From the UHGV virus genome UHGV-0025829: a DNA stretch of 39,837 nt. One strand, written 5' to 3'. Below the pieces are notes generated by a model. The model worked only from the letters and a program-made list of their open reading frames with translations, was not told the DNA's origin and ran no database searches. Shown here in pieces: positions 29,185-37,283 of this stretch. The translations under genes were made by a program, and so were the position numbers. This DNA is from a virus. The first letter of the stretch is position 1; every line of letters begins with the position of its first letter.

Positions 29185-31659
29185 ATGAGACAGGAATGTA
29201 TACAAGCGGTCCAGCAGGCGGCGCAGCGCACGTTAACGGCGCGAGAAATACAGAACATTGAAGACCGCATTTATCGAAATATGCGCTCCATTGCTCGTGA
29301 TGACCCGATGTCGTGGAGACAACTTTCCGAATCAGAGCGGCTATATCGTGCAGCACAATTGGCATCTGAAGAATTACAGCGAGAAGCGGCATTAAAGAAA
29401 CGTCGTGTGGCCCTCACTATAGCCGCACGTCAGAGATTGGATAAATTTATCAATAGCTATCAAGGGGCTGATGGGAAACTTGGCGCTCTTAACCGTACTA
29501 TTGCTTTTAATGCAGACGGTAAATCGAATTTCCTCTCTGTTGAGTCCAGAACAAAAGCCACTCGTGATTATGCATTGAGTCAATTGCAGGAGGCATTCGA
29601 AGCAGTTGATCCTCGCTTTTTTGGTCTGTTTGAAGATGAAGCGGGCGTACGTGACCTGGTATATGAAATGCGAGGGCAAAATACTGGCAATGCTAAAGCA
29701 AGAAAAGGTGCTAAGGCGTGGAGAGAAGTGACAGATCTACTGCGCCGCCGGTTTAATGATGCTGGTGGGGACATTGGCTATCTCGAAAACTGGGGAATCC
29801 CTCAACATCATTCTATGGAAAAGGTTGGGGCGGTATCAAAGGATAAGTGGGTTAGCGATGTTATAGGTAAGCTGGATCGCAAATATTATATCCGAGCCGA
29901 TGGACAACTGATGAACGATGCCGAGTTGTCTGCATTTCTTGGAGAGGCTTATAACACGATCGCTACTGGTGGGCTGAATAAGCTTACTGATACCGGAATG
30001 CGAATTTCCGGCGCACGTGCTAACCGTGGTAATGCATCACGACAGATACATTTCAAAGATGCAGATTCCTATCTGCAATATCAGCAACTTTATGGCGATC
30101 GCTCTCTATGGGAAATCATGGTCGGTCACCTGGAAGGTATCAGTAAAGATATTGCACTGGTGGAAACATATGGCCCAAACCCTGATCATGTTTTCCGCTC
30201 TCTTCTTGATCAGGTGAAGGCAGAAACGGCAACAGCTAACCCGAGTAAAACCGGTAGCGTCGAGCGGCTGGCGAACAAAACAGAGAACCTGTACAACTTT
30301 ATTTCCGGAAAGACACAGCCTGTTGCGAATCCTCACATCGCGCGCTGGTCTGACAATATCAGAAACTGGCTGGTTGCCAGCAGGCTCGGATCCGCGTTGC
30401 TGTCATCGTTCTCTGATCTTGGAACCATATATCTGTCTGCGAAGGTTACCAACCTTCCAATGAACCAGTTATTCCGCAACCAGCTTGAAGCTATGGACCC
30501 AACGAACCGTACTGAGCTTGCGCGGGCGCGCCGCGCTGGTCTGGCGATGGAATCTCTACTTGGCAGCGTTAACCGCTGGGCGATGGATAATATGGGGCCG
30601 TCTGTGTCTCGTTGGGCGGCAACGGCGGTAATGCGTGCCAGTGGACTTACAGCATGGTCAGATGCGCACAAGCGCGCTTATGGCGTAACCATGATGGGAA
30701 GCCTGGGAGAAGTAGTGTCACGGACACCAGACCTTCGTAGCCTCGATGACTCTGATTTTCGTATCCTGAAAAGCAAAGGGATTACTGACACAGACTGGAG
30801 CGTATGGAAGCTGGCGCAACAGGAGGACTGGGGGAACGGTAATAATACGATGCTGACACCGGAAAGCATTATGCGTATCCCTGATTCAGCAGTTAAACAT
30901 CTTGGTGAGCCTGAACGTGTGAAATTTGAGGCAATGCGTAAACTGCTCGGTGCCGTAACTGAAGAAGTTGATATGGCTGTTATTACACCGGGCGCACGTG
31001 AACAGATGTTCGTAGGGTCTGGTCTTCAGCGTGGAACATGGAAAGGTGAATTAACGAGAAGTGTTTTCCTGTTTAAATCGTTCCCTATCTCGGTAGTTAT
31101 GCGTCACTGGCATAGAGCTATGGGGATGCCGTCTGCTGGTGGGCGTGCGGCATATATAGCAACGTTTTTAGCAAGCACAACCATGCTTGGTGCTCTTTCC
31201 ATGCAGATTACTGATCTTATTAATGGGAGAAATCCAAAAGAAATGACCGGTGACAACATGGTTAAATTCTGGATAAATGCATTTTTAAAAGGTGGTGGGG
31301 CAGGGTTGTATGGTGATTTTCTTTTCTCTGACCACACCAGGTACGGGAGCGGCGCACTAGCGTCGATGCTTGGCCCGGTAGCTGGTCTGGTTGATGACGT
31401 AGTGAAGATTGCTCAGGGCATACCGTTAAATGCTGTGGAAGGGAAGAATGAGCAGACTGGTGGTGATTTGGTTAAGCTTGGGAAAGGTTTGATGCCTGGT
31501 GCGAATCTCTGGTATTTGAAGGCGGCTCTCGATCACATGATCTTTAACCAGATGCAGGAGTATTTTTCACCAGGCTATTTGCGTAAAATGGAGCAACGTT
31601 CAAAGAAAGAGTTTAACCAGACATACTGGTGGCGACCTCAGGATGTCACTCCGCAATAA
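29185..31659 (+). CDS. Large internal virion (ejection) protein
   Basis: 824 aa with GAGAGG SD; last gene of the core-protein block. Confidence 0.5.
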   Translation: MRQECIQAVQQAAQRTLTAREIQNIEDRIYRNMRSIARDDPMSWRQLSESERLYRAAQLASEELQREAALKKRRVALTIAARQRLDKFINSYQGADGKLGALNRTIAFNADGKSNFLSVESRTKATRDYALSQLQEAFEAVDPRFFGLFEDEAGVRDLVYEMRGQNTGNAKARKGAKAWREVTDLLRRRFNDAGGDIGYLENWGIPQHHSMEKVGAVSKDKWVSDVIGKLDRKYYIRADGQLMNDAELSAFLGEAYNTIATGGLNKLTDTGMRISGARANRGNASRQIHFKDADSYLQYQQLYGDRSLWEIMVGHLEGISKDIALVETYGPNPDHVFRSLLDQVKAETATANPSKTGSVERLANKTENLYNFISGKTQPVANPHIARWSDNIRNWLVASRLGSALLSSFSDLGTIYLSAKVTNLPMNQLFRNQLEAMDPTNRTELARARRAGLAMESLLGSVNRWAMDNMGPSVSRWAATAVMRASGLTAWSDAHKRAYGVTMMGSLGEVVSRTPDLRSLDDSDFRILKSKGITDTDWSVWKLAQQEDWGNGNNTMLTPESIMRIPDSAVKHLGEPERVKFEAMRKLLGAVTEEVDMAVITPGAREQMFVGSGLQRGTWKGELTRSVFLFKSFPISVVMRHWHRAMGMPSAGGRAAYIATFLASTTMLGALSMQITDLINGRNPKEMTGDNMVKFWINAFLKGGGAGLYGDFLFSDHTRYGSGALASMLGPVAGLVDDVVKIAQGIPLNAVEGKNEQTGGDLVKLGKGLMPGANLWYLKAALDHMIFNQMQEYFSPGYLRKMEQRSKKEFNQTYWWRPQDVTPQ

Positions 31660-31668
31660 GGAACAACA

Positions 31669-32082
31669 ATGAAGGAATTATTGCTGTTATCGGTATTTTT
31701 GATATCCGCTTGCTCGACATCCTATGATGTTTATGACGGTGTTGATAAGGCATATTGCGACAAAGTTAAAATGGATTTTTCTCTTGCCAAGACGGCGAAG
31801 GATAGTTGTATTGATCACTACGTCAAGACTTATACCAAGCCAGCCTCATCGGCATCTGATATTGCTGAAGGTGCTGTGTTTGAGTGTAACAAGGTGATAT
31901 CCATCGCAGCGAGTTCTTCATACGATGCTGCTGTATGTGCAATGGCTGAAAGAAACGGCATGTCAGTGCAAAAAATTAATAGCATGATAAGCAGTAATGA
32001 CGAAGCCAAAATAAGAACTGATATCAGCTCGGTGAAAAAAGATGCCATGAACAGAGTTGTAAAATATCAGTCATCTTTATAA
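31669..32082 (+). CDS. Lipoprotein (candidate superinfection-exclusion / moron)
   Basis: Signal peptide MKELLLLSVFLISAC with lipobox; six Cys in the mature part. Confidence 0.6.
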   Translation: MKELLLLSVFLISACSTSYDVYDGVDKAYCDKVKMDFSLAKTAKDSCIDHYVKTYTKPASSASDIAEGAVFECNKVISIAASSSYDAAVCAMAERNGMSVQKINSMISSNDEAKIRTDISSVKKDAMNRVVKYQSSL

Positions 32083-32085
32083 GTC

Positions 32086-32097
32086 GTGACATGTCAC
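32086..32097. repeat. 12-bp perfect palindrome GTGACATGTCAC (copy 3 of 3)
   Basis: Exact match 4 bp after the lipoprotein stop and directly before the terminator. Confidence 0.7.
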
Positions 32098-32098
32098 A

Positions 32099-32122
32099 GG
32101 CCGCTTTCGCGGCCTTGTTTTT
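32099..32122 (+). terminator. Rho-independent terminator ending the late virion operon
   Basis: GGCCGC-TTTC-GCGGCC followed by TTGTTTTT. Confidence 0.7.
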
Positions 32123-32282
32123 AACGAATGCCACCGCCGCCCGGGCGGGAATCCGCAGAACGCCCACCGCAGCGGGAGCCGTCAGCGGCAGTATCGCTGT
32201 CGTGCTGACAACGACCGGCAAAGGCCTGAGTTGAAGCTACCAGAGACAACAAAACGAACAGTGCAGCAAATGCTTTTTTCAT
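32121..32282 (-). CDS. Candidate small secreted peptide (53 aa)
   Basis: Signal peptide MKKAFAALFVLLSLVASTQAFA; sigma70-like promoter TTGACG-17-ATAGAT upstream; weak SD; part of a longer spurious ORF in the track. Confidence 0.3.
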   Translation of the reverse strand: MKKAFAALFVLLSLVASTQAFAGRCQHDSDTAADGSRCGGRSADSRPGGGGIR

Positions 32283-32353
32283 TGTGAAATTTCCATCTAT
32301 AAGCCACCTCAATGTGGCGTCAATGAGTGTTAGCACTGACTTTTGTTTCGTCC

Positions 32354-32376
32354 ACAAAAAATCCCGCAGCGCGGGC
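32354..32376 (-). terminator. Rho-independent terminator after the AT-rich cassette
   Basis: CCCGC-AGC-GCGGG hairpin followed by T-run on the minus strand, directly after the stop at 32377. Confidence 0.55.
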
Positions 32377-32817
32377 TTATTCTTCTTCATCATTAAAAAG
32401 CGGATTGTTATTTCCATCTGATGAAAGGAAAGGTATGTGTTCTCTTGAAAATCCAACAATGACAATTTCATTATCATTTTTTGCATAATGAATGCATTCA
32501 TTAGAATGCATTCCGCCAGGGTTGAAATTTAAGTTAATGGTATAATTCTTAAATGTGTTTGGATACCATGTTGGCCCACAATGATAATGCCAATAATTCT
32601 CTTGCTCATAATTGTCTGAGCCTGGAATTTTATCATGGTTATCATCAACCCACGAGGGCTTGTTTTTTCCAACAAGCGCCCTTCCATTGGCAACATCCTC
32701 TAAAAACCTTTGTATGATTTTTATTTCATCATCAGTAAGGAAAGGTCCGTCTACAGCGAAAGGGGTGTTGCTTTCCCCATGTAGAAAACTATTAGATATT
32801 CTAATGTTAAACTTCAA
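32377..32817 (-). CDS. Hypothetical protein, AT-rich foreign-looking gene (146 aa)
   Basis: Asn/Ile/Phe-rich, strongly AT-biased codons compared with neighbours; no motif recognised. Confidence 0.55.
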   Translation of the reverse strand: MKFNIRISNSFLHGESNTPFAVDGPFLTDDEIKIIQRFLEDVANGRALVGKNKPSWVDDNHDKIPGSDNYEQENYWHYHCGPTWYPNTFKNYTINLNFNPGGMHSNECIHYAKNDNEIVIVGFSREHIPFLSSDGNNNPLFNDEEE

Positions 32818-32837
32818 GGAAAACTCCTGATGTGCTT

Positions 32838-33005
32838 CTATTTGGAGCGAAATGCCGCCTTGAAGTCGCTAAAAGATGTTCCTGTCTGGTAAACCATATC
32901 CTTGTCGCGCTCTTTGCTTGCGCGACCAAGCATAACTTTTCCAATGACATCCCAGCATTGCTTGGCTTGTTCATTGTGCTGAGTACGATTTTTCAACGCT
33001 GTCAT
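32838..33005 (-). CDS. Small hypothetical protein (55 aa) upstream of the AT-rich gene
   Basis: ATG 7 nt after AGGAGG SD; stop 20 bp before the next start; below the ORF-track cutoff. Confidence 0.45.
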   Translation of the reverse strand: MTALKNRTQHNEQAKQCWDVIGKVMLGRASKERDKDMVYQTGTSFSDFKAAFRSK

Positions 33006-33017
33006 ATCGCGCCTCCT

Positions 33018-33032
33018 TTACCTTTAAGGTAA
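33018..33032. promoter_or_regulatory. Operator palindrome TTACCTTTAAGGTAA
   Basis: Perfect motif copy abutting the SD of the 33005 gene. Confidence 0.55.
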
Positions 33033-33098
33033 TATTACGCGAATCTACATCACATCGCCAATGATTATTTTAAAGGCACATCCCTGTGCCGCCGCCCA

Positions 33099-33810
33099 TC
33101 AGAAGAACCCAGCTTTGTCGTTGATGTACTCCGCGTGCGTCTGGATATCACGCAGGCATTTACTCACACCAACGATGTAGCAGAACATGGTGGTCAGTTC
33201 CGCCGCCGCGCCCGATACATCATGCCCGTCGTCCTGCAACTGATTCAGCAGATTCATCAGCAATGAGTTCTCCGTCAGGCCGAGAACACCAGACGGTGAA
33301 TGAATCAGACTGCGGTAGCCTGGCTTCAGTGGGGCACTGTAGGTTTTGTTCTCTATCTTCATTGCCTGTATTACTGCTGACGCCGTGGCGTTGGCTACCT
33401 GGTCGGCAACCATCTTTATGCGTTCTTCCTGCGGGAGCGAGTTTTTAATGTAACTTCCGGTGCGGCGGATCTGAGGAAGAACCTCACCTGTAACCCATTT
33501 ACGAAAGCGGTAGGGGATAGTGCCTGGTGTCACCGCATCGCGGCAGCGGAGGATCAGTGTGTAGAGGCCTGACTCGGAGATGATGTTGATCTCTTTTACT
33601 CGGCTGTCAAAAATTGCACGATGTTCATGCCCTATGTTGAACATAGACCTTTCATCATCATCCAGTTTTTCAAGTGATTGGGTGACGTTTTGGATACGCA
33701 GCGCACTACAAACGTCTTGGGCTACAAACCATGGTTGGCCATCGATAATGATGGAACGGATAGGGTTAACAGATTCAAATTTGAAGATGGCAGTTTGAGC
33801 ATTAGCCATG
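33099..33810 (-). CDS. Antirepressor (Bro-N / Ant-like N-terminal domain plus C-terminal domain)
   Basis: FKFESVNPIRSIIIDGQPWFVAQDVCSALRIQNVTQSLEKLDDDE matches the Bro-N fold pattern; ATG at 33810 with GGAGAT SD; C-terminus paralogous to the 34125..34382 product. Confidence 0.7.
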
Positions 33811-33827
33811 GTGGTTATCTCCACTTA

Positions 33828-33841
33828 GTGATTTTAATCAC
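33828..33841. promoter_or_regulatory. 14-bp perfect palindrome GTGATTTTAATCAC at the antirepressor promoter/RBS
   Basis: Lies 18 bp upstream of the ant ATG, next to the SD. Confidence 0.5.
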
Positions 33842-33963
33842 CACCGCAACGCCAATTACTGGTGGTGAACTGGACAAGGTTGGCGTACCGGCCTAAGTGG
33901 TACCGGCGTCCTTTCGGACCCCTGCCCAGCCCACCATAATTCGGATATGGCTGTGCTTAACGC

Positions 33964-33988
33964 ATAAAAAAACCACGTCTGGCGTGGT
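33964..33988 (-). terminator. Rho-independent terminator inside the ant upstream region
   Basis: ACCACG-TCTGG-CGTGGT hairpin with T-run on the minus strand. Confidence 0.5.
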
Positions 33989-34078
33989 ATGCGCCACTTA
34001 GTAACTCGGGACGCCAATCCCGGCACTGGATTTTGCCAGTACCCGATTACTATGGCACAAGAGGAGTGCGATGTAAAT

Positions 34079-34093
34079 TTACCTCAAAGGTAA
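34079..34093. promoter_or_regulatory. Operator palindrome TTACCTCAAAGGTAA
   Basis: Perfect motif copy 32 bp downstream of the small antirepressor-paralog gene. Confidence 0.55.
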
Positions 34094-34124
34094 ATATAAG
34101 CACTCCATTTGGTAATTGCAAACC

Positions 34125-34382
34125 TTATCTGGTTTGTTTTCGTAATTGTTCGGCACAATAGTCGAGATGTGTTTGCAGATCCTGCATAGACATCTGTGAG
34201 CTGGTGACGTAGTTAATCAATGCAGTCAGTTCGGCAAGTGGGCCATCGACATTAAATCCATCCTTATCGAGATCCCGGAGTAATTTCATCAAGTGCGATC
34301 CCTCCACCAGTGACCTGACGCCTCCCGGCGTGTGAATCCTTTCGGTAAATCCGTCTTCCAGTGGATAGTGATACTGCTGCAT
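34125..34382 (-). CDS. Small antirepressor-domain protein (paralog of the Ant C-terminal domain), LexA-regulated candidate
   Basis: 85 aa from ATG 34382 with GGAGAA SD; aligns with the Ant C-terminus (HxPxGV...AELT...DxQTH); LexA box just upstream. Confidence 0.6.
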   Translation of the reverse strand: MQQYHYPLEDGFTERIHTPGGVRSLVEGSHLMKLLRDLDKDGFNVDGPLAELTALINYVTSSQMSMQDLQTHLDYCAEQLRKQTR

Positions 34383-34401
34383 CTTATCTTCTCCATGCAA
34401 T

Positions 34402-34421
34402 AACTGTATATTTATACAGTA
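34402..34421. promoter_or_regulatory. LexA (SOS) box AACTGTATATTTATACAGTA
   Basis: CTGT-N8-ACAG with AT-rich centre, close to the E. coli consensus TACTGTATATATATACAGTA. Confidence 0.7.
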
Positions 34422-34458
34422 GCAAATAATTTGTTTGCTATCCAGCACGTTTTGCAAA

Positions 34459-34473
34459 TCACCTGAAAGGTAA
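34459..34473. promoter_or_regulatory. Operator-type palindrome TCACCTGAAAGGTAA
   Basis: One mismatch in the left half; between the LexA box and the tailspike start. Confidence 0.45.
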
Positions 34474-34577
34474 TATCTGTTCGTATTTATGGGTTATCTA
34501 TCCATATGTGGTTTTTCAGGTAATAGAATAACCGGATATGCGGCGCAACGGGTGCTGCGACTATCTGGAGATTTAAC

Positions 34578-37280
34578 ATGACGGTCTCAACCGAAGTTGA
34601 CCACAACGAATACACAGGTAACGGCGTTACGACATCATTTCCTTATACCTTTAGGGTTTTCAATAAATCTGATCTGGTAGTGCAGGTGATTGACCCTGAC
34701 GAGAATATCACTGTGCTGGCTCTTGATACTGATTACACGGTGACGGGGGCTGGAGGATATACTGGCGGGAATGTTGTGCTGATGTCCCCGCTGGCCAACG
34801 GATGGCAGATTTCTATCTCGCGTGACCTTCCAGTTACCCAGGAGACTGACCTACGCAACCAGGGGAAGTTCTTCGCAGAAGTGCATGAAGATGCGTTCGA
34901 CAAGCTGACCATGCTGATCCAGCAGTGCTTCAGCTTTCTCCGACTGGCGCTGCGCAAGCCGTCGTTCATCGCTAACTATTACGACGCGCTCAACAACCGC
35001 ATTCGTAACCTGCGTGACCCGTCACAGGAACAGGATGCGGCCACAAAGAATTATGTTGATGGTCAGATTGTTGACAACACCAATGCATGGAAAGCCGCGG
35101 ACGTCGTTCTTGATAATAAAATTGACAGCAATTTTCGGCGCACTCTTAGGGTTCCTGAGAGCAATATCCAAGTATTGCCTACCATAGATGCAAGAAAGAA
35201 GAAATTATTCGCCTGGGATGATTCAGGAAATCCAATTTCTGTACTTCCTGAATCAGGATCTGCGTCTGATGTTCTTATTGAGTTAGCTTCCAGTTATGGT
35301 TTTAGCCTTATCGGGCAGGCTACGTATTCGCAGATCCGTAATTTCACAGGATCAGGTAACTCAATAATGTGCTGCGGTTGCGAAACACTTCTGGATGGTG
35401 GTCAGGGCATGTTCGATCAGGTTCCTGGTGGGGCAGTTATGACCACTCCAGACGATGGCTGTGTATTTATTCGCGATACTATTGGGCGGTTATGGAAACG
35501 CCGTTATGAGGGAAATGAGATCCTGATGGCATGGGCCGGGGCTAAAAGCCTGAAACAAACTTCGGAACCGCAGGACCCGGCCTTTAGAAAGTGCCTTCAG
35601 GCCGCTGCCTCTTTGTCTGAGTCAGGCTATCCGCAATCTATTATCCGGGGGCTGGACAACGCCACCACATACCTTGCTGAAAAGCACCATATCCGCTGCG
35701 GTAACTTCCCGGAGTACATGGCGTGGAAACTTCCACCTGACGGCGGCGGCCGGCGTTTCGGTATTAAAGGGACGTGGGCTCAGGGGTTAGGTGCCGGTTG
35801 GTTTGTCGTACAGGCTAACCATCCGCTGTTCGATTTCACAATCGATAATACCGGCATTGATTTCAATCTGGATGCGTATACCGATGAAGAAATCAAAGTC
35901 CTCGTCGAAGACAACTATATTTTACGTCTGGAGGCGATGGTAAATGCCCCGGAATTTAATGTTCATGCAGGCAACCACCCGGGGACTGTACTTTACAGCC
36001 TCGGTAAATCTGATTATTCAGCGGTAACCGCACAGTGGCCTGATTTGACTACAGTGCTTCCGTCTATCCAGAACGTGGGCAAAGCGGCGTTTAATATTAA
36101 GCACTGCGGCAGGGATTTCCTGCTGAAGAACTGCGGTGCGGGTATGGGGCATTTCCACTCCGTCTGGACACAGGATAACTCTCAGCCGGGATATATTTAT
36201 TCCTGTTACGACCTGACGTTGACCTATGAGGACTACGTCCCCCATACAGAAGAACGCGGGGGGCTTATTTTCGAAGCGTGCGGGACCCTGTCTCTTGAAA
36301 ATATCCTGACCGGTGCGGGAGGCGTCGGGCATTTATGCATCTGGGACTGTCGAAATGTGACCATCAACAAGCACGTCTCGATATGCGGCGCACCTACCTA
36401 CGCGCAGTCGAACCCGAATCTGTATGCCGTGGAAATCTGTAACTCTGAGCTGGCTGTCTATGGTGTGCATGCCCAGGGCTCTGGCAAGTTTATGCGTATC
36501 GGCTTTAACTCACGCGTGACGTTCTACCACACGACGGCGTGGGACATTGCGCAGATGATTCTGGGTACCAATGACCTGAGTCTACTGAAGTATCGTGGTC
36601 AGCGAGCTGCGGTCCTTAACGACCCTATTAAAGTATTCCTTGAATCTGGATTTGTTCAGTCTGCGAATACTGCAGATAAGGGCTGGCCTTGCCAGCCGCT
36701 GATCGTGTTTGATGAAACAATCGGTGGTGATTTCCAGCTGTTGTTCAACCTCGAGGCAAATAATAACCACTCAGGATACGATACCCAGCCTGAGGCGTTA
36801 CTTGCGCTGATAGATATTCGATCTACCAGTCCTAATGGCGAGGTTGTCTTGGGTGAGCAGTCAAAACTGGAAGGTAATACGACAAACTACGTTGTGCGGC
36901 TGGCGAATAAAAACCAGCTCAAGGACGTATTTACTCGCAAAACTAACTTTGTTCGCATCCGGTATACGGATGATAACTCACAGTCTTCCTTTGCTTTGAG
37001 GCATGCTAATCACCCACTTCAAGGTACGGTTGTTGGACGTAACGCGTCCTACTCATATCCATATAAGCGTCCTGGCTTGTACAGCGTCAAAATCACTATT
37101 CCATCCGGTGGTGGATCTTTTTCTGTAACGCATAACGGATTCACGATTTATGAACAGGACCAGCCTGGAATTCATCGTGTACTTATTGATCTGAGATTCC
37201 AGGAAACCGTGCAGATCACTATTAACGGTGGCGAAAACGTCACTATGACAAACGCCGAATGGCGATATTATGTGGGGTAG
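34578..37280 (+). CDS. Tailspike / tail fiber with T7 gp17-like N-terminal adaptor domain and beta-helix-type receptor-binding body
   Basis: 900 aa; N-terminus YTGNGVTTSFPYTFRVFNKSDLVV resembles podovirus tail-fiber N-termini; GGAG SD. Confidence 0.75.
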   Translation: MTVSTEVDHNEYTGNGVTTSFPYTFRVFNKSDLVVQVIDPDENITVLALDTDYTVTGAGGYTGGNVVLMSPLANGWQISISRDLPVTQETDLRNQGKFFAEVHEDAFDKLTMLIQQCFSFLRLALRKPSFIANYYDALNNRIRNLRDPSQEQDAATKNYVDGQIVDNTNAWKAADVVLDNKIDSNFRRTLRVPESNIQVLPTIDARKKKLFAWDDSGNPISVLPESGSASDVLIELASSYGFSLIGQATYSQIRNFTGSGNSIMCCGCETLLDGGQGMFDQVPGGAVMTTPDDGCVFIRDTIGRLWKRRYEGNEILMAWAGAKSLKQTSEPQDPAFRKCLQAAASLSESGYPQSIIRGLDNATTYLAEKHHIRCGNFPEYMAWKLPPDGGGRRFGIKGTWAQGLGAGWFVVQANHPLFDFTIDNTGIDFNLDAYTDEEIKVLVEDNYILRLEAMVNAPEFNVHAGNHPGTVLYSLGKSDYSAVTAQWPDLTTVLPSIQNVGKAAFNIKHCGRDFLLKNCGAGMGHFHSVWTQDNSQPGYIYSCYDLTLTYEDYVPHTEERGGLIFEACGTLSLENILTGAGGVGHLCIWDCRNVTINKHVSICGAPTYAQSNPNLYAVEICNSELAVYGVHAQGSGKFMRIGFNSRVTFYHTTAWDIAQMILGTNDLSLLKYRGQRAAVLNDPIKVFLESGFVQSANTADKGWPCQPLIVFDETIGGDFQLLFNLEANNNHSGYDTQPEALLALIDIRSTSPNGEVVLGEQSKLEGNTTNYVVRLANKNQLKDVFTRKTNFVRIRYTDDNSQSSFALRHANHPLQGTVVGRNASYSYPYKRPGLYSVKITIPSGGGSFSVTHNGFTIYEQDQPGIHRVLIDLRFQETVQITINGGENVTMTNAEWRYYVG

Positions 37281-37283
37281 AAA

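Noticed and set aside
32121-32501. 126-aa minus-strand ORF from the track as a single gene
   Set aside because: It runs through the terminator at 32354..32376 and overlaps the 146-aa gene; only its distal 53 codons form a plausible unit.
34061-34076. Start-stop mini-ORF (AGGAG then ATGTAA)
   Set aside because: A single occurrence with no supporting context; probably chance.
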